The notes under the pieces: model-generated
Databases searched by the model: none
The model's input: only the letters and a program-made list of their open reading frames with translations
Told to the model about the DNA's origin: nothing
Shown here: positions 11,254 to 20,385 of the stretch, piece after piece
How positions within the stretch are numbered: position 1 is the stretch's first letter
Layout: every line of letters begins with the position of its first letter
NCBI RefSeq assembly: GCF_000009045.1
Contig: NC_000964.3
Location: 3,480,001-3,512,000, forward strand
Direction of reading: 5' to 3'
Length of the DNA: 32,000 bases
DNA from: Bacillus subtilis subsp. subtilis str. 168
GTDB lineage: Bacteria; Bacillota; Bacilli; Bacillales; Bacillaceae
Translations under genes and position numbers: made by a program

Positions 11254-11280
11254 CCTCTTCTACCTCTCCTTCTCGTTTTC

Positions 11281-11595
11281 AAAAACAAAAAAGCCCGCCG
11301 TCTCCTACCTAATCTAATAGATAAAGAGACGACGAGCCTTCGGCTGACCGCGGTACCACTCTTGTTGATTCTTCATGAAGAATCCTGCTTTTGACCTGTA
11401 ACGAAGGTTAGCCGTTAAAACATAGGGAATATTCAATCTATTCCGTTCCGTCTTACCACTCCCGGGCGAGTTCAAAGAAGAATCAGGCTGCGTCGCACCA
11501 CCCCGCAGCTCTCTGTTCTGATCACTTTCTTTTACTGCTCCCAATCTATGTGTTTTAGTTTTCTGAAAAACTCAAATTTTATGATCTGAATATAT
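11281..11595 (-). promoter_or_regulatory. T-box riboswitch leader of yvbW, probable Leu (CUC) specifier
   Basis: Several T-box elements are readable on the - strand. The AG bay is AACAGAGAG. The distal loop is GGUGCGA (consensus GGUGNRA). The specifier loop has AGUA on the 5' side and GAA-CUC-G on the 3' side, with CTC being the reverse complement of 11468-11470. The stem III palindrome is GATTCTTCATGAAGAATC. The T-box sequence is AGAGTGGTACCGCG (within 11341-11370). The terminator is GGCTCGTCGTCTC...GAGACGGCGGGC followed by a T run (11281-11339). Confidence 0.88.
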
Positions 11596-11601
11596 TAACA
11601 T

Positions 11602-11630
11602 AATATACGTGCTTCTCTTTTAACTGTCAA
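11602..11630 (-). promoter_or_regulatory. yvbW sigmaA promoter (TTGACA-17-TATATT)
   Basis: On the - strand, -35 TTGACA is at 11630-11625 and -10 TATATT at 11607-11602, with a 17-nt spacer. It lies just upstream of the T-box leader. Confidence 0.75.
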
Positions 11631-11654
11631 TAACTTCAGAGAAAAAAGAAACTG

Positions 11655-12689
11655 TTATTTTGTCCCTTTTCGAATGGCTTTCCAAAAGGATTCTGACTCG
11701 TTTCCTAATGCGTAAACTGAAACACCTGCTATTTTATATTGCTTTGCCAGATGGCTTTTCGTTTGAACGGTTTTTTCGTTTTCATACCACACGACATGTT
11801 TATGCTTCTTTTTGTCAACATAAGAAAACGTCATCGAGCCTGATTTTTTGTTGAATGCCGGCTTTGCTTTTTGTTTTTTGATGAGGGATTTGAGCTCATT
11901 CCATTCCCTTATTGTGCTGGTACTTCCGTCTTTTACATCCCAGTCATAGCCGTACGCAGGGATTCCCATGATGACTTTATTGGCTTTGATCTTTTTGACT
12001 GAAAACTGCAGAGAGCTTTTGATCCAGTTTGTGCTTGCCACTGACCCCGGCTCACCCCAAATGCCGTGTTCATCGTAGGTCATGACTTGTACGAAGTCGG
12101 CATATTTGCCGATTTTCGCATAATCATACGGCCAGCTCCAGTCATCATTTTTATCATCGGCGCTTTTGGCCGGAACGGATACCATTGTTTTAATATGTTT
12201 CTTATTCAAAGCCTGTGAGACATATTGAATGAAGTTCGAGTATGCAGCGCGGTCTTCTGGATTTACTGCTTCAAAATCGATATTGATTCCGTAATATGAG
12301 TGCTTTTTGGCCAGTGTAATTAACTGATCTGTGAATCGTTTTTTCGCTGTTTTATTGCTCATGACCCGACTCGCTAAATCTCCGTCAAAATCATAAATGG
12401 CATCATTATAGTTTGAAATGACAGCCCATGTCTTGATTTTTTTCTTTTTCGCATATGTCAGCTGCTTAGTTGGGGCATCGCCAATGATTTGTCCGTTTTT
12501 TTCAAACGCAAATGTATCGGTTGCGATGGCATTCATGTATGTATGATATTTCGTAAGAGAATTGTATGAAGCCGTATCCCCAGTCGTGTAGCCTACTGTC
12601 ATACCGGCTGCCTTCGCTTCTCCTTTTGTATACATAAACAGAACAATCGCAATCGCCAGTGAAACCGCTATGATCAGCCATTTTTTCAT
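11655..12689 (-). CDS. yvbX: GH18-family glycosyl hydrolase-like protein with N-terminal signal/anchor (344 aa)
   Basis: The N-terminus is MKKWLIIAVSLAIAIVLFMY. The GH18 active-site region YGINIDFE keeps the D-x-E of the DxxDxDxE motif. It resembles the YaaH/YdhD group. Confidence 0.8.
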   Translation of the reverse strand: MKKWLIIAVSLAIAIVLFMYTKGEAKAAGMTVGYTTGDTASYNSLTKYHTYMNAIATDTFAFEKNGQIIGDAPTKQLTYAKKKKIKTWAVISNYNDAIYDFDGDLASRVMSNKTAKKRFTDQLITLAKKHSYYGINIDFEAVNPEDRAAYSNFIQYVSQALNKKHIKTMVSVPAKSADDKNDDWSWPYDYAKIGKYADFVQVMTYDEHGIWGEPGSVASTNWIKSSLQFSVKKIKANKVIMGIPAYGYDWDVKDGSTSTIREWNELKSLIKKQKAKPAFNKKSGSMTFSYVDKKKHKHVVWYENEKTVQTKSHLAKQYKIAGVSVYALGNESESFWKAIRKGTK

Positions 12690-12761
12690 CGCATTTCCTC
12701 CTGTATCAAGTCATACTCTTCTCATCGGCCAAAAAATTGGAAGTTGAAGTTTTTTCAAGCA

Positions 12762-12790
12762 AAAAGCCCGGCATATGCCTGCCGGGCTTC
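12762..12790 (-). terminator. lutABC operon terminator
   Basis: The - strand reads AAGCCCGGCAGGCATATGCCGGGCTT followed by TTTGCTTG, 7 nt after the lutC stop. Confidence 0.85.
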
Positions 12791-12796
12791 CTGAGT

Positions 12797-13519
12797 TCAG
12801 CGGTCAGAGACGAGAATATATGCTGCCTTTACTGGTCCATGCACCCCCACAACTAAATCCATTTCAATGTCGGCTGAGTTACTCGGTCCGGTAATGTAGT
12901 TGATACATGAAGGAACAGTGACACCGTTCGCAATGTTTTGGCGGATGATATCACTGGCTTGTGTCATTCTCGGTACAATGCTTGATTTCGGCACGATCGC
13001 AATATAAGTCGTTGGCAAAAGGCTGACAGAGCGGCCGATGTCTTTTGAGGAGAAGAGGACAACCGTCCCCGACTCAGCCAATGTAATTTCGCTGAATGTA
13101 ATCCCTACATTGGCTTGCTCCGCTTTTTTAATATTTTCCTCGCCTTTGTCAGCATCCCACTCCCAGACCGGCGTTCCTTCACTCGGCCAGTCCTTGGTGA
13201 GCAGGCTTTTCAGTCCGTATTCTTCAAAGCGGGGGTCCTTCGGAATGATGACAGGGCCTCCAGAAAAGCGGCTGACTTGCTCGCGCAGGGCATCGTAAAG
13301 GCCGGTTGAATCCGTTTCAATCAGCTCTGTATGGATTTTGACACAATGGTTTTTGAGCACTGTGACTAAGTCATCCGCTGAATAACCTTCAAGTGTTTTA
13401 TATTGCGGCTGATGCGCCCATTCAGGGACTGCCACGCCTCCTGTTCTTCGTTCACGGCCCAGGCTGGATGCGATTCGGTTTAAAAAGCTCTCTTGATTCT
13501 GAATGGTTCCCTTCGTCAT
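12797..13519 (-). CDS. lutC: Lactate utilisation protein C (LUD/YkgG family, 240 aa)
   Basis: The frame is that of ORF 12797..13522. I prefer ATG 13519 over the GTG one codon upstream, because GGAGGAG lies 5-7 nt upstream of the ATG. The ATG overlaps the lutB TGA (TGATG). Confidence 0.92.
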   Translation of the reverse strand: MTKGTIQNQESFLNRIASSLGRERRTGGVAVPEWAHQPQYKTLEGYSADDLVTVLKNHCVKIHTELIETDSTGLYDALREQVSRFSGGPVIIPKDPRFEEYGLKSLLTKDWPSEGTPVWEWDADKGEENIKKAEQANVGITFSEITLAESGTVVLFSSKDIGRSVSLLPTTYIAIVPKSSIVPRMTQASDIIRQNIANGVTVPSCINYITGPSNSADIEMDLVVGVHGPVKAAYILVSDR

Positions 13520-14958
13520 CACTGCTCCTCCTTCGTGCGTTCACTTGTTTCTCTGTCCGCAAACCAGTCTCTGAATCTCGATTTATGCGGTGCCGGGAAG
13601 TCGCGAATCTGGGTCCAATTTTTAAGCGGGCCGGGCCCTTTCGAAATTTTTTCGTCCTCTGTAAAAGGCGTCATGGCGGCCGGCGCCCATTTTGAGCCCA
13701 TTTTGTAAAGCGATAAGGAGGATGCGCCAAGTCCGAATGCTTTCATTGCAAGCTTTTCACTGATCGGCGCCCTGCCTTCTTTTTCGACGATATTCTGACG
13801 ATGCTTGAGTAGCAGCTCATGAAGCGGGATTTTGACCGGGCAGGCTTCTGAACAAGCAGCGCACAGTGAAGATGCGTACGGCAGCTCCTTATAATCGTCA
13901 TAACCGCCGAGCAACGGTGATAAAACAGCTCCGATCGGCCCCGAGTAGATTGAGCCGTATGAATGTCCGCCGACATGGCGGTACACAGGACAGACATTGA
14001 TACAGGCGGCACAGCGGATACATTGCAGCACAGACTGGAATTCCGTTCCAAGGATATTGGATCGTCCATTATCAACGATGACAAGATGGAATTCTTCCGG
14101 ACCGTCCACTTCACCTTCCAGCTTCGGACCCGTCAAAGCTGTAATATAGCTTGTCAGCCGCTGTCCGACAGCACTTCTAGTCAGCATGCTGACTAGCACT
14201 TCAAATTCAGAAAATGACGGGACAATCCGCTCCATTCCCATGACGGTAATTTGTGTTTTCGGCAAGGTGCTCACAAGCCGTCCATTTCCTTCATTGGTCA
14301 CAAGGCTGACGGAACCCGTGTCAGCGATGGCGAAGTTACAGCCGGTAATGCCGATATCCGCTTCCAGAAACTTTTTCCGGAGAATGGCGCGCGCATGCAT
14401 CACCAGCTCTTCCGGTTTTTCTGTATGTTGATAGTCCAGTCTTTCTTTAAACACATCGCGTATCTGCTCTTTATTTTTATGAAGAGCGGGCGCTACGATA
14501 TGTGACGGCGGATCGTGATCATCAATCTGCAAAATATACTCGCCGAGATCGGTTTCTACGACTTCACAGCCTTCCTTCTCCAGCACCTCATTCAGATTGA
14601 TTTCCTCTGTGACCATTGATTTAGATTTCACAATTTTCTTCCCGTTCTTCTTTTGAATGACATCCCGAATATAGGAAGACGCCTCTTCCGCTGTTTTCGC
14701 GAAATAGACATGTCCGCCTCTTTTCGCCACATTTTCGGCAAGCTGTCCGAGATAGAAATCAAGGTTTTCAAGGACATGCTGCCTGATTTCCTCTGATAAT
14801 GAGCGCCACTCCTCCCAGTTTCCCAGTTCTTCTGCTGCCTCTAGGCGCCGCGTCCGCAGACGCTCCTGTGCACCTGAAACAGCGCCTCTCATAAATTCAT
14901 TATCAATCCCCTGTGATACCCGCTCTTTAAAAGCGTCAGTACCGATTTTCATCGCCAT
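13519..14958 (-). CDS. lutB: Lactate utilisation protein B, 4Fe-4S protein (479 aa)
   Basis: It has two ferredoxin-type cysteine motifs, [12 protein letters not shown] and CAACSEACP, plus a LUD domain. Confidence 0.95.
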   Translation of the reverse strand: MAMKIGTDAFKERVSQGIDNEFMRGAVSGAQERLRTRRLEAAEELGNWEEWRSLSEEIRQHVLENLDFYLGQLAENVAKRGGHVYFAKTAEEASSYIRDVIQKKNGKKIVKSKSMVTEEINLNEVLEKEGCEVVETDLGEYILQIDDHDPPSHIVAPALHKNKEQIRDVFKERLDYQHTEKPEELVMHARAILRKKFLEADIGITGCNFAIADTGSVSLVTNEGNGRLVSTLPKTQITVMGMERIVPSFSEFEVLVSMLTRSAVGQRLTSYITALTGPKLEGEVDGPEEFHLVIVDNGRSNILGTEFQSVLQCIRCAACINVCPVYRHVGGHSYGSIYSGPIGAVLSPLLGGYDDYKELPYASSLCAACSEACPVKIPLHELLLKHRQNIVEKEGRAPISEKLAMKAFGLGASSLSLYKMGSKWAPAAMTPFTEDEKISKGPGPLKNWTQIRDFPAPHKSRFRDWFADRETSERTKEEQ

Positions 14959-14984
14959 GATCCTTTCCCCCTCTGAATCCAGTT

Positions 14985-15701
14985 TTATCTGCTGTTGAGC
15001 ACTTCGGCGATGTGCATCACTTTGACATTCTTATCTTTTCGGCCAAGCCGTCCCCCGATATTCATCAAACAGCCGCAGTCAGCACCGATCAGCACCTCTG
15101 CTCCCGTTTCCTCCACACATTCGACTTTTTCATCGACCATCTGCTCAGAAATCTGCGCCATCTTGACTGAGAACGTTCCTCCGAATCCGCAGCAGTTATG
15201 TTTGCCCGGAAGCTCTGTAAACTGCAGGCCCTTCACATGGCTCAACAGCTTCATCGGCTCCTTCCGAACACCCAGCAGCCTAGTCATATGGCACGACGTA
15301 TGTAAGGTCGCTTTTGTATGAAGGGTCGCGCCGACATCCTCTACCCCAAGGACGTTCACAATAAAATCTGTCAGTTCATACGTTTTATCCGCCAGCTTTT
15401 TCGCTTTATCGGCCCATTTCGGATCATCCTGAAACAGGTGCGGATACTCCCGGAACATCGTTGTGCAGGAACCCGAAGGACTGACAACATATTCGGAATC
15501 CTGAAACGTTTCGATCATCCGTTTCATTGCTTTTTTGGCGTCATGTACATAGCCGCTGTTGTAAGCCGGCTGTCCGCAGCAAATCTGCCCTTCTGGAAAA
15601 TCAACCTCGCACCCAAGCCGCTCCAGCAGCTCAACCGTTGCTTTTCCGACATTTGTTTGAAACATATCAACAAGACAAGTGACAAAAAGTGAGACTTTCA
15701 T
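14985..15701 (-). CDS. lutA: Lactate utilisation protein A, cysteine-rich (CCG) domain oxidoreductase (238 aa)
   Basis: The ORF 14985..15725 is trimmed to ATG 15701 ([12 protein letters not shown]...), which lies 6 nt after GAGAGGGG. It has two CCG motifs ([11 protein letters not shown] and NCCGFGGTF). Confidence 0.93.
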   Translation of the reverse strand: MKVSLFVTCLVDMFQTNVGKATVELLERLGCEVDFPEGQICCGQPAYNSGYVHDAKKAMKRMIETFQDSEYVVSPSGSCTTMFREYPHLFQDDPKWADKAKKLADKTYELTDFIVNVLGVEDVGATLHTKATLHTSCHMTRLLGVRKEPMKLLSHVKGLQFTELPGKHNCCGFGGTFSVKMAQISEQMVDEKVECVEETGAEVLIGADCGCLMNIGGRLGRKDKNVKVMHIAEVLNSR

Positions 15702-15732
15702 GATGAACCCCTCTCTCATCCCCAATATATGA

Positions 15733-15753
15733 TCAGGTCATCTGATGACCTGA
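15733..15753. promoter_or_regulatory. 21-bp perfect (10-1-10) palindrome in the lutA leader, candidate LutR operator
   Basis: The sequence is TCAGGTCATC-T-GATGACCTGA, 32 nt upstream of the lutA ATG. The core GTCATCAGATGA recurs in the lutP leader (30705-30716). Confidence 0.6.
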
Positions 15754-15838
15754 GTTAAAATAACTATATGAATATCGTACACTATTCTGACAATGGAAGG
15801 AAAGAGTTTTCTAGGGATATTTTCATTTGTGGCATATC

Positions 15839-15865
15839 AAAAACACTCCCGATCTCCCAGGAGTG
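15839..15865 (-). terminator. Probable terminator after yvfU
   Basis: The - strand reads CACTCC-N10-GGAGTG followed by TTTTTG, 10 nt after the yvfU stop. The stem is short. Confidence 0.55.
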
Positions 15866-15875
15866 CAGTATATGG

Positions 15876-16478
15876 TTAGATCCAGCCCTTTTCCTCAGCG
15901 ATGCTGGCGGCTTCTGTCCGATTTTTCGCATTAAGCTTTTGGATGATTTCTGAGATATAGTTTCGAACTGTGCCTTGAGATAAATAGAGCTCCAGCGTAA
16001 TGTCTTTTGTTGTCTTGCCTAAAGCCGCAAGCCTCAGAATTTCTTGCTCTCTAACGGTTAGCGGATTTTCGTCTCGCATCATATTAAACGTCAGCTCAGG
16101 GCTGAAGACACGTTTTCCCTTTACACATTTTCGAATGGCATCGGCCAGATCGTCAATTTCACCGTCTTTCAGCAGATAGCCATGTGCACCGGCCTTTACG
16201 GCGCGTTCAAAATATCCGGGGCGGGCAAAGGTGGTTAAAATAATGACCTTGCTGACGCAGCCTTTTTTCATTAATTCCTCTGCCACATTCAGCCCGCTTC
16301 GAACCGGCATTTCAATGTCCATAATGCATACATCCGGCTCCAGCTTCAAAATAGCATGTAGCGCCTCTTCCCCGTTTAATGCTTGTCCGATGACTGTCAT
16401 ATCCTCTTCTAAATCAAGCAAAGATCCCAAAGCGCCTAAAAGCATTCGCTGGTCCTCAGCAATAAACAGACGAATCAT
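15876..16478 (-). CDS. yvfU: NarL/LuxR-family response regulator (200 aa)
   Basis: It has a receiver domain (DVCIMDIEMP) plus a C-terminal LuxR HTH (LTVREQEILRLAALGKTTKDI...). TGGAGGA lies upstream. Confidence 0.92.
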   Translation of the reverse strand: MIRLFIAEDQRMLLGALGSLLDLEEDMTVIGQALNGEEALHAILKLEPDVCIMDIEMPVRSGLNVAEELMKKGCVSKVIILTTFARPGYFERAVKAGAHGYLLKDGEIDDLADAIRKCVKGKRVFSPELTFNMMRDENPLTVREQEILRLAALGKTTKDITLELYLSQGTVRNYISEIIQKLNAKNRTEAASIAEEKGWI

Positions 16479-16494
16479 TCTTTTCGTCCTCCAA

Positions 16495-17610
16495 TCATTC
16501 TGCTTTTTTAATAAGCGGAATCGTCAGTGCCACAACCGTTCCGTTATGGTCTGAAACCGTTAATCCCCCTTCAATGAGCATGAGCCGTTCTTCCATTCCC
16601 CACAGGCCATTCCCAAACATTTTCTCCTTCGGCGCTCCCTTTCCGTCATCCCGTATTACGATCCTCATTTTGTCAGCAAATTGAGAAATGGTGATGGCAC
16701 AGTGGGTTGCTTTGCTGTGCTTGATAATGTTAGTCACGGCTTCCCGCATACACATACTGATAATATTTTGAGTGACGGGAGATATCACTGAAAAGTCGTC
16801 GGCTCCTTCGTATTGAAAGGTAATGTTCCCCGCTCTTAATATGTGCTGAATGTTTACGAGCTCCTCTGTTATCGTGACCGTTCTCATATCAGAAACCAGC
16901 TCTCGAACTTGCTTGAGTGCGGAGCGTGAACTGGTTTCCATTTCTTTTGCCTCAAGCTTGGTCCGTTCTGGATCAGATGCAGCCAGCCGCTGAATGAGCT
17001 GGCTTTTTAATGTAAGCAGCGACAGGGTGTGGCCAAGAGTATCGTGAAGATCACGGGCGATTCGAACACGTTCCTCCCTTTTAGAGAGTTCTTTTATCTG
17101 TTCGTTGGCTTGTGCAAGCTTAGCTTCAAGCTCAATCCTCCGAAACATAGAACGAATTCCGAATGGAGAAATGAGCATAATGACGAGAAACGGGAGAACA
17201 GAAAAAAGCTCCCGAAGCGAGACCGAATTCGCGATAAATTGGTATAGGCATGGAAAAAGCAGTATAAAGATTAAAGCGCAGAACGCACGGTTAAAATTCG
17301 TTTTCTCTTTGTAATAACCAACAAAGTTTGCCGGAAAAAAACCTAAGTATATATAGGTGATATTGTAAAACACACTATACATCAAAATAACCGCCATTTG
17401 CACGATAAGCCAATATGTAAACGAAGCTTTGCCCACGCTGCAGAATAACTGGCGATATGCCGCTACAAAAAGGAGCAGCATACCATATCCGATCCCCTGT
17501 TTGACCCCTGATTCTTTTAATAAAGAGAGGAACGGCATAATCGTATACACCAGAAAGATATAAGGGAAAAACCCGAATTCCTTCGGGAAAATAGATATTG
17601 CCTTTTTCAT
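16495..17610 (-). CDS. yvfT: DesK-like (HisKA_3) membrane sensor histidine kinase (371 aa)
   Basis: It has about 5 N-terminal TM helices, the H-box ARDLHDTLGHTLS, and an HATPase_c domain (DDGKG). The start is taken as the longest ORF, 3 nt after the yvfS stop, and its SD (GGTG) is weak. Confidence 0.85.
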   Translation of the reverse strand: MKKAISIFPKEFGFFPYIFLVYTIMPFLSLLKESGVKQGIGYGMLLLFVAAYRQLFCSVGKASFTYWLIVQMAVILMYSVFYNITYIYLGFFPANFVGYYKEKTNFNRAFCALIFILLFPCLYQFIANSVSLRELFSVLPFLVIMLISPFGIRSMFRRIELEAKLAQANEQIKELSKREERVRIARDLHDTLGHTLSLLTLKSQLIQRLAASDPERTKLEAKEMETSSRSALKQVRELVSDMRTVTITEELVNIQHILRAGNITFQYEGADDFSVISPVTQNIISMCMREAVTNIIKHSKATHCAITISQFADKMRIVIRDDGKGAPKEKMFGNGLWGMEERLMLIEGGLTVSDHNGTVVALTIPLIKKAE

Positions 17611-17613
17611 GTA

Positions 17614-18351
17614 TTACACCGCTTCTTGTTTTCTTCTTATATATTTAGATAGTAGCATGAAGAGCATCATATAAGCGATTAATATCAGAATATTTTTCCA
17701 AGTCGGACTCCCACCCCGGACAAGTTCCCACGCTCCGCTCCCGAAATGATAAGACGGAAGCCACTGGCCAATGCTCTGCATCATGTCAGGCATGACCTCA
17801 AACGGCATCCACATCCCTCCGCCTAAAGCCAGCAGCATATAAAGCACATTACTGATTCCGGCCGCTGTTTCTACTTTTCTCATGAGGCCGATTAGTGTGC
17901 CTAATGCTAAAAAAGGCAATGCGCCAAACAAAATCCACAGTCCGCTCATCATCCATTCAAACGGTGACAAGGCAATATCATTGATGATTGCGCCGAACAG
18001 AAATATGACGGTAATTGATAAAACGTGAATGACACTTTGGCCGATCATCTGAGCTGATAAATAGATATGATCCGGAAGAGGCGTAAGGCGGATAAAGGCG
18101 GCCCAGCCTTGTGACCGTTCTTGTACCATTCGGATGCCAAGCGTCATGATAGAGGAACCCATCACGCTGAAGACTGTCATCGACATCAGGTAATGGGCTT
18201 CCCATGCACGTTGATCAGGGACGTTGGTATTCACTACATTTGTAAAGAAATAATAAAAGGCAATCGGCATGATCAGAGACCAAAGCACAAAGTACTTGTT
18301 CCTAAGCACCCTTTTCATTTCAGCGATGCTTTGCTTTTGCAGCACGTTCAC
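17614..18351 (-). CDS. yvfS: ABC-2 type transporter permease (245 aa)
   Basis: It has 6 TM segments and belongs to the ABC-2 family. Its GTG start directly abuts the yvfR TGA (ATG TGA GTG). Confidence 0.85.
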   Translation of the reverse strand: MNVLQKQSIAEMKRVLRNKYFVLWSLIMPIAFYYFFTNVVNTNVPDQRAWEAHYLMSMTVFSVMGSSIMTLGIRMVQERSQGWAAFIRLTPLPDHIYLSAQMIGQSVIHVLSITVIFLFGAIINDIALSPFEWMMSGLWILFGALPFLALGTLIGLMRKVETAAGISNVLYMLLALGGGMWMPFEVMPDMMQSIGQWLPSYHFGSGAWELVRGGSPTWKNILILIAYMMLFMLLSKYIRRKQEAV

Positions 18352-19254
18352 TCACATCGCCTCCCTGTTGCCGTCAGCCAGCTGGCGAAATGCCTCATCG
18401 AGCGTTGCTTGCTCAATTCGAATATCCCGTGCATGTATGTTTTCTTGAAAGATCAGCGCCAACACTTTGTCTGTATTTGATGTCTGGATGATGGTTCTCT
18501 CATGCTCGTGGATCACTCTCTCGACTTCCGGGTGACAAGACAGCCTTTCCAATGATTCACTTGAATGAAGCGTAAAGGAAACAGACTGTTTTTGAATTCT
18601 TGAGCGGATTTGCATTGGTGAGCCGTCTGCAACAAGCTGTCCTTCAGTAAAAAATAGGATTCGCTGTGCGGCATCATCTGCTTCCTGTAAATAATGAGTT
18701 GAAAAAATAATCGTTTTTCCTTGGTCCGACAGTCCGTGAATGGTCTGCCAGAATCGGTGTCTTGATGAAGTGTCCATGCCGACTGTCGGTTCATCAAGTA
18801 TAAGCAGCTCCGGGTTCCCGGCAAGAGCCAAAGCAAAGCTCAAACGGCGTTTTTGTCCGCCGGATAATTTTTCTGCTCTTGTTTTCAAATCTTCTTTGGT
18901 GAGTGCTGTTAACGAAACGAGTTCTTTCATGGACAATGGATTCGGATAATAGCTCCGGAAGAGTTCAAGGATTTCATCCACCTTAAGGCCCGGCATGACA
19001 CTTACTTCCTGAAGCATTACACCTATTTTTTCACGAACCTGTTGATCATCGGGAACCCGGTTAAATAGTTTGATTTCTCCCTCACTCGGTTTCAGCAATC
19101 CTAATATCATCGAGACGACGGTCGTCTTCCCTGCCCCATTTGGCCCGAGAATGGCTGCAATTTCTCCTTTTTCAATACTGAAGCTGATGTTGTTTACAGC
19201 GGTTTTTCGCTGGAAATGTTTTGTCACGTTGCTTACTGTTACTGCTTCTTTCAT
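18352..19254 (-). CDS. yvfR: ABC transporter ATP-binding protein (300 aa; 301 if the GTG at 19257 is used)
   Basis: It has Walker [10 protein letters not shown], signature LSGGQKRRL and Walker [17 protein letters not shown] lies 8 nt before ATG 19254. Confidence 0.92.
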
Positions 19255-19540
19255 CACATGAGCACCTCCTGATCGTTTACATTGATTGTAAAATGACGGA
19301 GAAGACGATGTTAGTATGGGGTGTCATGATGATGGAGTGACAAATGTCATTTTTTTCTCACCCCGGTGTCTAGGCAATCCTCCTCCTGCATCTTCCAATT
19401 CATCCATCTTTTCTATCTCCCATGTCCTCTTTCTTTTAAACTGCTGTGACATTCATAGAAAGATACACTCTTCAAACCATCCGAGTGTTATGATAGAAAT
19501 ATTGAACTTTATATTACTTTCCGGCTGAAAGGAGCCAATC

Positions 19541-20350
19541 ATGAACGAAGCGATTTTGTCTAGAAATCATGTGAAGGTGAAAGGCAGCGGCAAAGCATCT
19601 ATCATGTTCGCACCTGGTTTTGGATGCGATCAAAGCGTGTGGAATGCCGTGGCACCTGCCTTTGAAGAAGATCATCGGGTGATTTTATTTGATTACGTCG
19701 GTTCGGGACATTCAGATTTGCGCGCATATGACCTGAATCGTTACCAGACACTTGACGGCTATGCCCAGGATGTTCTTGATGTTTGTGAAGCTTTAGATCT
19801 GAAGGAAACCGTGTTTGTGGGTCACTCCGTCGGGGCCTTGATTGGGATGCTTGCATCCATCCGCCGCCCGGAGCTTTTTTCCCATCTGGTGATGGTGGGG
19901 CCTTCTCCTTGCTATTTGAATGATCCGCCTGAGTATTACGGAGGATTTGAAGAGGAGCAGCTCCTTGGCTTGCTGGAGATGATGGAGAAAAATTATATCG
20001 GCTGGGCGACTGTATTTGCGGCAACCGTTCTGAATCAGCCAGATCGGCCTGAAATTAAGGAAGAGCTTGAAAGCCGTTTTTGTTCTACTGATCCTGTCAT
20101 TGCCCGCCAATTCGCGAAAGCGGCGTTTTTTTCTGATCACCGAGAGGATCTTTCGAAGGTAACGGTTCCCTCTCTTATTCTCCAATGTGCAGATGATATC
20201 ATCGCACCTGCAACAGTAGGTAAGTATATGCATCAGCATCTGCCTTATAGCAGTCTGAAACAAATGGAGGCTCGCGGACATTGCCCTCATATGAGCCATC
20301 CAGATGAGACGATACAGCTGATCGGCGATTATTTAAAAGCACACGTGTGA
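19541..20350 (+). CDS. rsbQ: Alpha/beta hydrolase RsbQ, co-activator of RsbP (269 aa)
   Basis: It has the nucleophile elbow GHSVG, and the Asp and His of the triad are present ([14 protein letters not shown]). AAAGGAG lies upstream. Confidence 0.95.
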
Positions 20351-20385
20351 TATAGGAACGAAAGGGATAGAGGTGACCCTCTTAG

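Noticed and set aside
11314-11544. 76-aa ORF on the - strand between yvbX and yvbW
   Set aside because: It lies entirely within the T-box leader (stem I to terminator). It has no SD and its composition is dictated by RNA structure.
11631-11654. Possible yvbX terminator (AATAAC-AGT-TTC...GAA-GTTATT)
   Set aside because: The stem is interrupted and AT-rich and no U tract follows. It overlaps the yvbW -35 region.
15702-15725. 8-codon extension of lutA (MGMREGFI...)
   Set aside because: These codons are the SD itself (GAGAGGGG). ATG 15701 gives the conserved MKVSLFVTC start.
15754-15875. Search for SinR boxes (GTTCTYT) upstream of lutA, since lutABC is reported to be SinR-repressed
   Set aside because: I could not find a convincing match by eye in this spacer, so no call is made.
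19324-19407. 27-codon - strand mini-ORF (MDELEDAGGGLPRHRGEKKMTFVTPSS) upstream of yvfR with a GGGAG 9 nt before its ATG; also a 70-aa + strand ORF at 19316-19528
   Set aside because: The SD is marginal and the purine-rich tract generates the frame by chance. It overlaps the repeat motifs I think are regulatory, and I have no independent support. The 70-aa + ORF has no SD and is a low-complexity pyrimidine-tract translation. Ribo-seq could revisit the 27-codon frame.
19470-19500. rsbQ promoter call (TGT-TATGAT extended -10 around 19486-19494)
   Set aside because: The -10 looks plausible, but no acceptable -35 lies at 16-18 nt, and I have no transcript-start information. I left it out of the feature list.
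19602-20299. 140- and 168-aa - strand ORFs inside rsbQ
   Set aside because: They are antisense shadow frames of a gene with intact catalytic motifs, and they have no translation signals.
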